64,000 nt of DNA from a virus, in the IMG/VR virus record IMGVR_UViG_3300045049_000079, positions 25,831-89,830 of that record. One strand, given 5' to 3'. Shown in pieces: positions 1 through 10,622 of the stretch. Numbering within the stretch: the stretch's first letter is position 1; every line of letters starts with the position of its first letter. Made by a program: the position numbers and the translations under genes. A model generated the notes under the pieces. The model was not told the origin of the DNA and did no database searches. It saw only the letters and a list, made by a program, of their open reading frames with translations.

Positions 1-73
1 TGATTCTCACAGCTTCCGTCACATTCATTGTTCCATGCTCTACTGAATGCTCTAGACAGTTCTTGTTCAGGTG

Positions 74-364
74 TCATACTTCCTCCAAGACAATATCTTT
101 ATTAGACTGCAACAGGTTGTTCACTTTCTCTGTGAGCCACTGTTGTGTATCAGGGGGATAACGCTTCAAGCGAAGACCTTCTTGAAAACTGAAAAACTGC
201 TCCTCGCCAAACCCTTGTACAGTAACCATATATCCTTCCTGTTTCTTAAATTGTCGTGTAAGATACTCTCCATGTGCCCCGACAATCGTGCATTCTTTTC
301 CTAAGTAGGGCTCTCTTGTTGCGCCCACCAATACGCACACAGTACCAACTTGAAATCTAGCCAT
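74..364 (-). CDS. hypothetical phage protein
   Basis: 96-aa ORF with AAGGAG RBS and upstream TTGACA-18-TAAGAT promoter on the minus strand (~396-425). Confidence 0.7.
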   Translation of the reverse strand: MARFQVGTVCVLVGATREPYLGKECTIVGAHGEYLTRQFKKQEGYMVTVQGFGEEQFFSFQEGLRLKRYPPDTQQWLTEKVNNLLQSNKDIVLEEV

Positions 365-471
365 GTTAGCTCCTTAAGTTTGTTCAAACACGCACATCTT
401 ACACACAAGTGAGTCGTCGTGTCAACACAAATTTCTTACGACTTCTTACGCACACTGACGCAACAAGGGGC

Positions 472-500
472 TTGACGCGTTCAAAATTTGGCACTACAGT
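472..500 (+). promoter_or_regulatory. sigma70-like promoter
   Basis: TTGACG-17bp-TACAGT; divergent from the minus-strand promoter at ~396-425. Confidence 0.6.
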
Positions 501-525
501 GGGCACATCACAACAGGAGATTGTT

Positions 526-1233
526 ATGTCCACCTTCAAGATTGCTGGGAAAAGCTTCTACGAGTATGTTGGTTATCGTCTTAAGAAAGACGGTCTTGGG
601 TATTTGCCGTCTAGTCGCTGGGAGGATGGCAGCACTGACATGAAGACATTCATTAAAGCTGTTGTTCCAGCCTGTGCATACGATTTCCTAGTGTACTGCC
701 ATGAGCTAGGCCACTGCAAGAGCAGGCAGTTTCCCGGTTCTGTGATGGCGTCCTTTCAAGGATTCGTTGACGAGCCGCGCCTGCTTAGCGAATTCAACGC
801 TTGGGAGTGGGCTATTCGATATGTTCGGCGCTTGGGGCTTTCTGTGACGAAGCAGGAGTGGGTGAGCGCACTCAACAAATCCTTCAAGAGCTACACGAAA
901 GCTGCGACGGACAAGCGTAAAGCCAATGATCTTATTGAGAAACTAAATGGCATGCTCGATGTTGATCTCGAGATGGAGTCTGTAACACCAATTCTAGACA
1001 AGTCTAAATTTTCAAACATCAATGTATCGTGGTCCAACACTGTCATCGATTGGAGGGATTCATGGACGAAGCTTGATGACATTTACGGCGGGTGGGTAAG
1101 TGAAAGTCAAGAGAGAGTTCCTAAGAAAACTGTTGCACCTGTTGTACAAAACAAGAAACACAAACCATGGATGGACTTGCTAGACAAGCAAGCTAAGAAA
1201 CATCGTAAACATGATATGAAGCGTTGCTCTTGA
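526..1233 (+). CDS. putative zinc metallopeptidase (HExxH)
   Basis: HELGH motif plus downstream E (EFNAWEWA) as in ImmA/IrrE-like zincins; start moved to ATG 526 after the AGGAG RBS. Confidence 0.55.
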   Translation: MSTFKIAGKSFYEYVGYRLKKDGLGYLPSSRWEDGSTDMKTFIKAVVPACAYDFLVYCHELGHCKSRQFPGSVMASFQGFVDEPRLLSEFNAWEWAIRYVRRLGLSVTKQEWVSALNKSFKSYTKAATDKRKANDLIEKLNGMLDVDLEMESVTPILDKSKFSNINVSWSNTVIDWRDSWTKLDDIYGGWVSESQERVPKKTVAPVVQNKKHKPWMDLLDKQAKKHRKHDMKRCS

Positions 1234-1302
1234 CAAGCGTATCAATGTTGGTGTACGATGACAGCAATTAGCAGATGGCTGCTAACATTCTTAGGAGGGT
1301 GT

Positions 1303-1758
1303 ATGAAACAACTTAAAGTACGTTGCATCGACAGTCTGAATGCAGAGGGCTTCTTAACTGAAGGTCAAGTCTACACAGTAAAGGGCGAATATTGGGGGGG
1401 TGCTGACTATTGGTTAGAAGAGTGTGACATGTCATGGAGCAAGAGTCGCTTTGAGATTGTTGAAGAGGAAACATCACAACAATCACAAGAGGAATACACA
1501 GGTGGCAGCGTCAGCTACTACAGTATTTCCGTTGACAACCCAACCGACCCTGACAAGGCTCCCTACGTAGCAGAGTGTAACGATATCATTGAGGCTCTTG
1601 GCATGAACTACGCTGAAGGGAACGCTTTCAAGGCCATCTGGCGCTCTTGTGCTGCACGCAAGCTTGGCAATGCTAAGAAGGGCTATGACGACGGATTGTA
1701 TGACGCTGAGAAGGTTGTATTTTTTGGCAATAGGATGGTTGCAATGGCTAAGAATTGA
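1303..1758 (+). CDS. DUF3310-like (SaV/nucleotide-kinase-like) protein
   Basis: ECNDIIEALGMNYAEGNAFKAIWR motif; AGGAGG RBS. Confidence 0.6.
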   Translation: MKQLKVRCIDSLNAEGFLTEGQVYTVKGEYWGGADYWLEECDMSWSKSRFEIVEEETSQQSQEEYTGGSVSYYSISVDNPTDPDKAPYVAECNDIIEALGMNYAEGNAFKAIWRSCAARKLGNAKKGYDDGLYDAEKVVFFGNRMVAMAKN

Positions 1759-2359
1759 AGGCCGAGTTCATTTTCGATTTCTTGTTCAGTTTCTAGCCAA
1801 AAACTCGATCCTGGTCCGGGAATATGCACCTACTGGGATCAACGAGGCATGTTTAGAATTTCCCCCAACAACATGCCTCTCTTCCCTCTCCCTTCACATC
1901 CTCCACAACACACCTAACAATCTCTTCCCGGCCCCTCTAGACAAGGCTCCGCCCTGCTACCTCTTGGGCTGCATCTTTTAGGCAAAATCCTCCCCTTTCC
2001 CCGTTGTAGAACGTGGCTTAGTTTTCTTCTGGCAATAAAATCCCTACCTTAATCTACTAGGGAATTCGGCATATTCAATAGTACGCCTGTCCTGTAGAGG
2101 CTTCCCTATCAATTCTGATAGGGCGGCTGAACTATGCTATGCGTTAAGCATCTAACAGAAGCTAGAAAGCGCAAGAATTACAATCCAGTTACACCACTAT
2201 AGACCCTGTGGAGCAGTCTGTACAGCAAAATTATCACGCAATTCTCACATTCGTGTGAGAGCATGCCTACAGGGTACTGGTTGCATATACAGCAATGGTG
2301 TGAGAATTCGCGCATATCACGGTTGAGACAAGAAAGATAGGGGTATATGAAAATTTCTA

Positions 2360-2388
2360 TTGACAGCGACAACCTATACGTTTAAGAT
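2360..2388 (+). promoter_or_regulatory. early sigma70-like promoter
   Basis: TTGACA-17-TAAGAT. Confidence 0.7.
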
Positions 2389-2479
2389 TCACTCCATCGA
2401 CGCAGCAGAGACAACAGTTAAAGCGGCGACAAGACAACTAACTTAACGTACACACGCATATACATACAGGAGAAATATC

Positions 2480-3172
2480 ATGGCACTTCGTCAATTTGTG
2501 GTTCGCACCTCGCCCCTGACCCATGAAGCAATGATTGTGGACGCGGCAAGCCGAGACAACGGCCGTCTTCGTGCGATTGTTCAAGGCAAGGAAGTTGAAA
2601 TCGGCATGGACACGTATATGGCTTCCGGTTCTGTTGATCTTCCATCGGCAGAGAAGATTGTGCGAGCGTGGGCCAAACAACACAACATTCCAGAGACGGA
2701 CGTAATGGTGCGAGTTCGACTCCCGAAGACTAATGTTAAGCCTCGTGAAAAAGCGCGCAAGACGAATGATGTGACAGCAACCAACCTGTCCCTTGTCAAG
2801 AGCGCTGAGAAGCCGGAACAAGACTTGACGGCAATGGCTCAAGCGATGCAAAATGCTCACAACGAGCAGAAAGCTTCGGCAAACAATCCTGAGGGTGCAA
2901 CTGTCAAGCGCACTGAGGAAGAAAAGAAGGCAACTGCTGACGGTAAGAAAAAACGTGGCTACACTCGCAAGACTGAGGAGCAATCTGCACGGAGCAAGGC
3001 AGCAATGGCCCGCTACCTCAAGGAGCTAGAAGCTACCAGCCAGCAATCGCCCACGATCATGGAACCCGTCAAGCCCGGTCCCGGCGTTACGCAAGAACAG
3101 ATTGACTCTGCGGTCATGGAGCTTGCGGTTGCGATTGCGAAGGTTCTGAAGGCTAACCCCGGAGCACTGTAA
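2480..3172 (+). CDS. first early-region protein, function unknown
   Basis: 230-aa ORF, AGGAG RBS, own promoter and terminator. Confidence 0.8.
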   Translation: MALRQFVVRTSPLTHEAMIVDAASRDNGRLRAIVQGKEVEIGMDTYMASGSVDLPSAEKIVRAWAKQHNIPETDVMVRVRLPKTNVKPREKARKTNDVTATNLSLVKSAEKPEQDLTAMAQAMQNAHNEQKASANNPEGATVKRTEEEKKATADGKKKRGYTRKTEEQSARSKAAMARYLKELEATSQQSPTIMEPVKPGPGVTQEQIDSAVMELAVAIAKVLKANPGAL

Positions 3173-3208
3173 AGCATATCCCTCCCTCGTGCATGTTGAT
3201 GCATGTTT

Positions 3209-3239
3209 GCCAGCCCTAACCCGGCTGGCTTTTTCTTTT
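3209..3239 (+). terminator. intrinsic terminator
   Basis: GCCAGCC/GGCTGGC stem followed by a T-run. Confidence 0.75.
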
Positions 3240-3257
3240 GTACGATACGAAAAGTCC

Positions 3258-3286
3258 TTGACAGCTAAGATTCTTAAGCCTACACT
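3258..3286 (+). promoter_or_regulatory. early sigma70-like promoter
   Basis: TTGACA-17-TACACT. Confidence 0.7.
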
Positions 3287-3321
3287 GAAGGCTCTTAAGA
3301 ATTCAACACAAGGAGAACACC

Positions 3322-3612
3322 ATGACCAAAGATGAAGCTATTGCCCTGTCTAAAACTGAATTCTGGACCGCTATGTCCTACCGCGAGCGGGCGATGTTCC
3401 AGATGTTTGAAGACAAACTGTGTATGCCATTTGATGTATTTCATGAAGCTTTAGAGAAGACGCTTGATCGTCCTGTTTGGACACATGAATTGGCGATGAA
3501 CTATGATGGCATCAAAAAAGAACTTCTTGGAGAACGGCCTGCACCAACTTTTGAAGATATTCTTAATATGATTCCCGCTGAGAAGCGTGTTATTGTGTTT
3601 GCGGGAGAATAA
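3322..3612 (+). CDS. hypothetical early protein
   Basis: AAGGAG RBS, 96 aa. Confidence 0.75.
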   Translation: MTKDEAIALSKTEFWTAMSYRERAMFQMFEDKLCMPFDVFHEALEKTLDRPVWTHELAMNYDGIKKELLGERPAPTFEDILNMIPAEKRVIVFAGE

Positions 3613-3613
3613 C

Positions 3614-3973
3614 ATGCAACTTACACCCATGACCGTCAAGAAATTTCTCTCCGCACCAATCGACGTAAGACTGTGGAACGGAAACTTCAACAAAGCTGTC
3701 GTCAAAGTGAAGAACAACAAAATTGAATATGTACTGGAGCTATCGGACACTCACCTAAGTTTGCGAGAGTTTTCCATAATCAAGAGCGAGCGAGTAGAAT
3801 TTGTTGTGTGGAGAAGTGCGCACACTGGAACTCATGAAGCCTTACCTACCGAACTTGAACCCGTCGTGCAAAAGATGCGCGAGAAAGTAAAGATGACGGA
3901 CGAGTATGCGATGCGGATTTACGGTGAAAACCTCGCTGCCGTTCGAGAGTTTCATGCACAATTTTTGCTGTAA
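3614..3973 (+). CDS. hypothetical early protein
   Basis: GGAG RBS, abuts upstream gene. Confidence 0.7.
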   Translation: MQLTPMTVKKFLSAPIDVRLWNGNFNKAVVKVKNNKIEYVLELSDTHLSLREFSIIKSERVEFVVWRSAHTGTHEALPTELEPVVQKMREKVKMTDEYAMRIYGENLAAVREFHAQFLL

Positions 3974-3982
3974 AGGAATAAC

Positions 3983-4309
3983 ATGAACACACAAGAACAC
4001 ATCGCAGAAATGCTGACACTCTTGCGGGATGCAGCCCGTGCTTGGAACAATGAAAATGAAAGCGAATTGGATGCCGTTATGGAACGTGTCGAATGCTTCT
4101 TGATCGATTCTCGCGACAGTGTATATGTGCAGCGTGACCCTCAGTATCCGCCTCGGAAGATCGCCTGTCGTGAGCCCTACAAGGTCGTAGGTACAATTGA
4201 CGACAACACAAAAGTTCTCGGAACCACTCATGGTGAGGTGAAGAAGGTGATTGAGGAAGGGTTTGCAGAGCAGTTTCGCATGATTGGTGAGAAAGAACAT
4301 GGAAAATAA
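3983..4309 (+). CDS. hypothetical early protein
   Basis: AAGGA RBS, operon packing. Confidence 0.7.
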   Translation: MNTQEHIAEMLTLLRDAARAWNNENESELDAVMERVECFLIDSRDSVYVQRDPQYPPRKIACREPYKVVGTIDDNTKVLGTTHGEVKKVIEEGFAEQFRMIGEKEHGK

Positions 4310-4802
4310 ATTTATAATCGTTATTGAAGCGGACAACAAACGTGCGCATGCAGCCTACACAAAAGGTTTGGAAGACCTTGACCTGTTGTGGCCGCAGATT
4401 GTTGAGCACTCCACACGGCGCGATGCCCGTAACCAAGCTTGGTATGAAAAGGAGTTGGCAATTTACAAGGAACAACAAGTCAAAGCAGAACAAATGCAAG
4501 CCGCCTACGACGAAGAGCTTAAACGTTGGCGGAATTCTATGCGAATGTCTCCACGTCCTGTGGAACCACCCGAACTATACATGGCGCGATCTTACTACTT
4601 GCGTATGGAGCCTCTTAAATACCCGCCACACATCAAATACTACGAAAGCATCCGGGCAGAACTGAAGCGTATGGCAGACCTAGCTGGTGCAGCATTAGGA
4701 CCATACCGCATGACTGAGCATCAAGTTCAGGAGATGATTGCGTGGGAGGATGGCAGTCGTATCGAATCTATCAAGCTAGAAATGCAGAGACAAACAACCT
4801 AA
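4299..4802 (+). CDS. hypothetical early protein
   Basis: overlaps upstream stop, 167 aa. Confidence 0.7.
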   Translation: MENKFIIVIEADNKRAHAAYTKGLEDLDLLWPQIVEHSTRRDARNQAWYEKELAIYKEQQVKAEQMQAAYDEELKRWRNSMRMSPRPVEPPELYMARSYYLRMEPLKYPPHIKYYESIRAELKRMADLAGAALGPYRMTEHQVQEMIAWEDGSRIESIKLEMQRQTT

Positions 4803-4880
4803 AATAATTTCGCTTGCCCATTGACTAACAGCCGTTTCTACTCTAATATCTGTTCACTAACCAAAACAGGGAGAGCAGAA

Positions 4881-5529
4881 ATGGCTGACCAACTAACGCT
4901 AGACGAAATCACGATCATGGGTGTAACCCAAGAGGAGTTGTTCGGCTACATCAGGCGCTCATCGTCAGGTAAGGAATGGCCTGCAACGATTGTAAAAGGT
5001 GCTGTAGAATACTCTTTCGATGTTACGTATGAGCTTCCTGTCGAAATGCGAACCTACATTCAAGCTGCGAGGTATGTGAGAAAATGAAAATGAGCAAAAC
5101 AGTTGAAGACGTTATAAATTTTCACCCTGAGATTGTGCAAGGATATCGTGAAGACAATTTGCTAACAATCCTTGTGGCATACTTCATGACTATCGAGAAC
5201 ATCAAGGAAGCGGCTGCAACTCGTCTTGCTAAAGCTTATATCAATTTGCTGTTGAAACACTTGGAGGAATGATGAACAATGCTATTACAACAGTTAAGCA
5301 TGTGCTATACACCGGGTGTACGCTTTTAACGTATGCTTTCGGCTTGACCCTCTTGAATCAAGCACAAGAGCTTAACGACCTTGCAAAAGCGCTCTCATTA
5401 GCAATCATCGGGTTCTCTGGCTATTTGAGCTACGAGTTAATGACAACGAAAGATTACAAGCTTATGCCTGTGTTGTTGTTCGGTGCTGCCATTGCAACGA
5501 TGATTGGCATGATGTGTCTTTATTACTGA
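4881..5529 (+). other. three coupled small ORFs (4881-5087, 5084-5272, 5269-5529; the last is a 3-TM membrane protein)
   Basis: ATGA overlaps; promoter TTGACT-17-TAATAT at 4821-4849. Confidence 0.65.
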
Positions 5530-5969
5530 AAGGGGCCAACATGAAGAAAGCATTTATTGCTGTAGGGCTGGCGTTTGTAGCATTCGTTGCGACAGTGGAC
5601 TATCTACAGGCGTCCTACAAATTACAACATCAACACGAAGAAATTGCTTCGACGTATGAGAAATGAAATGTGTGTATGCACAGTAAGGATTTCATTTTGG
5701 AATCTGAAACGTGTTCATATCGGCAATTTCGATGCCAAGCCGGGATGCATACACCCTTGGGATCAACGACCTATATTCCCTTTTTAGCCCTGCACAGCAA
5801 TGTGTGGGGCTTTTGCTTTTGTGGAGATGGGAAGAGGAAGCGCCGCAGTATGCAATTGCTTATCGTGATAATGAATTTTCTTGTTGGTTGTAGGGCGGCA
5901 CAGCAGGACAAGTCTATATAGAGATGTGCGAAAACCTTGTGTTGATTGCTTTTTCGTGCTTTAAAGTGC

Positions 5970-5998
5970 TTGACATGTGTTTTTGTGTGGTCTAAGAT
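5970..5998 (+). promoter_or_regulatory. early sigma70-like promoter
   Basis: TTGACA-17-TAAGAT. Confidence 0.7.
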
Positions 5999-6047
5999 GC
6001 TCTACATGGACAGCGCAATAGGGCGCTAACAACACAAGGAGAGCAAC

Positions 6048-6970
6048 ATGCAAGCTATCATCACCAAGTACTACGAACCTACTAACACTCGTGGATCGCG
6101 CATTACTGCAAAATGTGACGCTGGCAGTGTAACGATCCCCTATCCGTACGAACTGTCAGGCGAAGCCGTGCACCGTAAGGCGGCAGAAGCGTTGCGTGAT
6201 AAGCTTGGTTGGAACACTGACTATTACGGCAACATGGCTAGTGGGCAGATTCCTGGCGGTGATTACGTTTTCGTTTTTGTTAAGTGAGAACATCATGGCA
6301 GAACAATTCGGAAACTACCTCGTCTCTAACAGTAACGGAAGCCGTAATCAGCAACCATGCGTGACAGTGCGTCGCATCGACGGTGCAATTGTGGCACGAG
6401 TACATTCGCCACACAGCCAGCCCTTGAGGCATCTTCGCAATTGGATTGACTCAGAAGAACGGGCAGAGCTAATTATGAAGCTACAACAGGCAGGCGTTGA
6501 TGAAATTACGATTAACAAGATTCTGCGAAAGGGTTGATGTATGGACAAAATTATTTACACACTCATCACTAAAGGTGGCGGAGTTGATGGACGAGATTTC
6601 ATGGACAAAGGTGGCCACGTAATCGCAGCGTCCTACGATCGAAAAGACTTAGAGAAAAATAAAAACCTTCCTTGGTGCGATATAGTTCCACAAGTTGTAG
6701 ATACAGACAAAGCAAAGAAAGTCGCATTGGCTAAGCTTTCACCTATCGACAAACTTGTGCTAGAACTTCCTACTGTAAAGAGGTAACACGATGCTCACCC
6801 TCAAATGGTCCTACGCTACAGGCAACGAATACGATTTCTCATGCAATGACTCGTCAAAGATTGGGCAACTCTATCGCTTGAAGATGCTGGAACAAGGAGT
6901 TGTCAAGGTTGAATTGTGGAGCGACAACACACTTTGTCTTGAGTGGCAGAAACAGGAAGGCGACGAGTAA
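6048..6970 (+). other. four small early ORFs (6048-6287, 6295-6537, 6541-6786, 6791-6970)
   Basis: tight co-directional packing with RBS-like purine tracts. Confidence 0.65.
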
Positions 6971-7046
6971 AATTCTTATGAATGTGCTTGACAGGCTTAC
7001 CAAGCTTAAGCAATAATAAGCACATAGACAAATAACGGAGGATCAA

Positions 7047-7961
7047 ATGAGAGCTTGGAAACACATTATTAACATTGCCCAATACATCACCGAAGATAAC
7101 AGCAAAGAAGCTGTATTGAAAGCTGCTAACGGTGTTATGTCAGAACTTGCAAGGCTGCCGCAAGACGAGGAAACAGAACATTTCAAATGGGAATTTGAAG
7201 AGATTGCAGAACAAGCTAGGCATGCAAGTGATGACGAAGCGGATTATCTTGTCGATGAATTTAACTATAAACTAAACAATCTCTATGATTGGGCAGATAA
7301 TCGTCGTATTTGGCTGGGGATTTAATCATGCGGCCAATCAAAACAAAATACTACCAAGGGAAGCGTTATCACGATCCTGTGCAAGTGAATAGTGCAAGTG
7401 ATGCTAATTGGGCTGTTGCTAAGTGTGTAGCTCACATGCAAATCAACCATTACGAAGCATCTAGTGCTGAAGTGTATGACGACGAAACAGGAGAGCTACA
7501 CGCGATTGTGACACGAAGCGTTAACGGGCAGATTCGCATTGATTACCGTCGTGACCCTGTTAAATTTGAAACACGCCTAGCCATTGGCGCATTGTTTGGA
7601 AAGGGTAAATGAGAATGAATAATTTTCAAACTGTTTGGCTTGAAATTGCCGACCATATCAAAGATGAGTTTGTCCGCAAGTTCGGATATAGCAAATGGTA
7701 TAAAATGTTTGATGAGGCTAAAGACGAAGAAACTGGATTGGACCTATATAAGCGCGCTGTCTCGGAGCTTGCAAAATGAACAAACAACAAGCCCACGAGC
7801 TAAAGCTTAAGATTGCCATATTCGCCGAACTCACAGCCATTCTCCATTGGGCACAAGGGGCTGGGCAGGCAGAGCTTGAGAGCGCACTTGCGCAGAGGGA
7901 TCGGGCGAGGGATGATGTTTACAGCTATATAGACTCGCTCGTCTGCAACAGCACAGAATGA
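7047..7961 (+). other. small early ORFs (7047-7325, 7328-7612, 7776-7961 and a short ORF between)
   Basis: GGAGG RBS at the first ORF; TTGACA at 6988. Confidence 0.65.
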
Positions 7962-7967
7962 AATGAT

Positions 7968-8921
7968 TCAGATTGTAAATTCGGCCGCCATATGCATAAT
8001 GTTTGAAAATTCCCGGATGTGCGCGGCCTCTCTTTTGAAGCCATTTATTTCTGTGTTAATTATTGGTATTTCATTTAAAACTTTCTTTTCAAGTAAGTAT
8101 GCCGCCTCCCCTGACATTTCAAAGAGGTAAGTTTCTTTAATCTTATACCCGGATTCTGAAAGGTATTGTTTGTGTCGTTTAACCCGTTCACCAAAATCTT
8201 TCGTTATTCCAAACCCTACAAACGAATTATGTTCACTTTCGCACACCAATACGTAAAATACTGCGGGTTTAGATCGGTCAAAACCAGACTCGGCGCAACT
8301 TGGACAACCTATGTCAAGTCTAAGGAAGTTAGATTTCATCGGAAACCAGTTTCCATGATCCACACAGTTCATCTTTAATCGCTCGTTGTCTTCGCAAACA
8401 CCTTCACATTTCCACTTTTTGTTCCTCGCATGCTTGTTGGCTTTATATATGAGCTGTTCTTCAGTTAACGCTCGGTATCCACCTAAACATCGACAAGGGG
8501 TGTTGCCTCGCATTAGTGAATTGTAGTTTACCTTAAATACACACCCACCTATCCCGGCCCTGCTGTATTCATCAACTTCGCAAAGCTTGCATTTTACTTT
8601 CCATTCAAGTTTATGCTCTCTACAGAAAATATATTTATCGCCATAAATTCCATTCTCCAATATCTTATTAATCGATACTTCTAGATTATCGGAGCTTTTT
8701 TCTCGGAAACATTCAGGACATCTGCGACCTACTCTAACGTTAGTTAAAGTAGTTGTATTCCATGTGTGCCCAGCTTTACAAATAAAACTCAACTTTGTCT
8801 CAGATGTCAAATTCGTAAACGGCCCTATAAAAGTGTGCCCTTCTAACTCGCATAACTCTTTTATGAATCTCAAATACTCTGGTTGCCGCGCGGCAACTGG
8901 TCTTCCTTTGAGGGTCGTCAT
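7968..8921 (-). CDS. putative homing endonuclease: CxxH/CxxC zinc-ribbon repeats plus C-terminal GIY-YIG-like domain
   Basis: GCPSCA..GFDRSKPAVFY...VGFGIT...R...E motif shared with three paralogues in the window. Confidence 0.65.
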   Translation of the reverse strand: MTTLKGRPVAARQPEYLRFIKELCELEGHTFIGPFTNLTSETKLSFICKAGHTWNTTTLTNVRVGRRCPECFREKSSDNLEVSINKILENGIYGDKYIFCREHKLEWKVKCKLCEVDEYSRAGIGGCVFKVNYNSLMRGNTPCRCLGGYRALTEEQLIYKANKHARNKKWKCEGVCEDNERLKMNCVDHGNWFPMKSNFLRLDIGCPSCAESGFDRSKPAVFYVLVCESEHNSFVGFGITKDFGERVKRHKQYLSESGYKIKETYLFEMSGEAAYLLEKKVLNEIPIINTEINGFKREAAHIREFSNIMHMAAEFTI

Positions 8922-9124
8922 ACACCGTACTCCTCGGCGTATTCTTTCATCAACTTAAAAATCTTAGACAACTTTTTAGACTGTACGAGCTTCGCGACCA
9001 TTGCGGAGTCTTCTTTCTTGGTGTAGTATGTAATCAGTTTGTGATAGCTCTGATCTTGTACAGTGTTAAAACGAACGGCAATAGCGTCAACAGACGCGGA
9101 TTGATAGTCAAACGAGCGTGACAT
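8918..9124 (-). CDS. small 'FDY' protein, paralogue of 13450-13647
   Basis: AAAGGA RBS; ATGA-coupled to the nuclease; aligns with the second copy. Confidence 0.75.
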   Translation of the reverse strand: MSRSFDYQSASVDAIAVRFNTVQDQSYHKLITYYTKKEDSAMVAKLVQSKKLSKIFKLMKEYAEEYGV

Positions 9125-9192
9125 TGTGTTTCCTTTAGGTTGGGAGTTGAAACAGACTTACGAACGTAACATTGCATTACGCTAATAACAAT

Positions 9193-9221
9193 ATTATATA
9201 CCTAGGACGGTGTATTGTCAA
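9193..9221 (-). promoter_or_regulatory. perfect consensus sigma70 promoter
   Basis: TTGACA-17-TATAAT on the minus strand. Confidence 0.85.
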
Positions 9222-9320
9222 ATATCAACAGATATGCATAGTAAATATCTCTTGTAAACCCGCCCTCGCTGTGCTACATTGAACACATGGGCTAACACAA
9301 CACACACAACGGAGGAAAAC

Positions 9321-9743
9321 ATGAGCAAGCTTAAAGCATTCATTGCACATATGTTTGAAAGCAAATGGATTTATAACGAGGACGCCTCTGTGCGAGTACA
9401 CAAGGAGACGGGGAAGACGGAATATAGACATTGTGATGGATTTGGCGGCTGGTGGGCAGATGAACCGTTTTAAGAGAATGTCATGCAATTAAACTGGAAA
9501 TCCCCAGCAACACGAAAGCGCATGCAAGAGGCAATCTTCACACTGACGAATCCTCATTTTCCTGATATCAAGTTGATTGACGAGTGGGAAGACACTTCTG
9601 AAGGAGCTTTGCAAGATTTCTGTGCGGAGTATTCTTTCATTCCTTGGTGGACAGGCATTGGTATTATCGAGGCTGCATATTTGCTTGTTGAGACAGCTTT
9701 TGAGAATGGGAATATTGATTCTGACGGAAACGTTAAACTGTAA
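9321..9743 (+). other. two small early ORFs (9321-9473, 9483-9743)
   Basis: GGAGG RBS; operon packing. Confidence 0.65.
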
Positions 9744-9763
9744 TAACAACTAAGGAGTTTCAA

Positions 9764-10396
9764 ATGGCATACCCTGAAAATGATAGTCAGTTTGAAGAAG
9801 CAAAGATTTCCAGTGTTAAGAAATATGAATCCTCGTGGTGCATTGAACGTGATGATGGCTGGAGCTTTTCTGTTGACAGCAATTCTCCTGTTGTGCCGGA
9901 AGTCGGTATGACTGCACGATTCTACGGCAAGGGTATTGGTTATGTTGTGCGCGGGTTGTATCTGGACGGAAAGAAAGTGTTCTATAGATCGGAAGAAGAA
10001 CAAGAGAAGCACTTCGAGCTTGAAACATATGGTAAAGACGCACAAGAATGGCTCAATCGTTGGGATGAAGGGCGTTCTGTTTGGTCTGTCTCGATGGGAG
10101 GATTTGGGCCAGGGTACGAACAAGCTATTCAGATTGCAGCCGTAGAGGTTGTACGATTCCTGCTGGAAAAAGCGTACGATGCTTCATTGTGGAGCAATGC
10201 GGAAGTGTGGAAGGGTGTAAGCAAAGAGATTGAAACGGAGATGTTTAATCGCCTTGACAAGCTTGGTTTGTCCGGGGCGCAGTACGGTGCTTCTGTGAAT
10301 CTTGCAACCGTAATTTATCGTCAAGGGCCAGCTTACGTAAAGAGTGCACCAAGTGACAGACAGATTCAAGTTAGTAAGAATTTTCCAAGCTTGTGA
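9764..10396 (+). CDS. hypothetical early protein
   Basis: TAAGGAG RBS, 210 aa. Confidence 0.8.
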   Translation: MAYPENDSQFEEAKISSVKKYESSWCIERDDGWSFSVDSNSPVVPEVGMTARFYGKGIGYVVRGLYLDGKKVFYRSEEEQEKHFELETYGKDAQEWLNRWDEGRSVWSVSMGGFGPGYEQAIQIAAVEVVRFLLEKAYDASLWSNAEVWKGVSKEIETEMFNRLDKLGLSGAQYGASVNLATVIYRQGPAYVKSAPSDRQIQVSKNFPSL

Positions 10397-10483
10397 TAAA
10401 ATCCCCTTGACAACCGCTCGTAATCGTCCTATCCTGTAATAGCTCGCTAACAATCTTATGAATCTTACTTGGAGGAGTGCATC

Positions 10484-10621
10484 ATGCAAACCACAAAGCC
10501 AGCTAAGGAAATTGTAAGGCAATATATGCAGCAGCGTATTACGGAGCGTAGTGCTCCTCCGGGATTGGAAGCGATTAGGACGATGTTAGGGTGGAAATTA
10601 ATAGAGGCTGGGAGGAAATAA
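10484..10621 (+). CDS. 45-aa small protein, below the ORF-track cutoff
   Basis: GGAGGAG RBS; promoter TTGACA-17-TATCCT at ~10407; MQTTKPAKEIVRQYMQQR...PPGLEAIRTMLGW. Confidence 0.65.
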   Translation: MQTTKPAKEIVRQYMQQRITERSAPPGLEAIRTMLGWKLIEAGRK

Positions 10622-10622
10622 T

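Noticed and set aside
1649-1981. 110-aa ORF running into the C-rich block
   Set aside because: No RBS, overlaps a real gene, and its composition reflects the DNA skew
2104-2123. CCCTATCA-N4-TGATAGGG resembling tetO
   Set aside because: Spacing differs from tetO and no TetR gene is present; it is a generic palindrome
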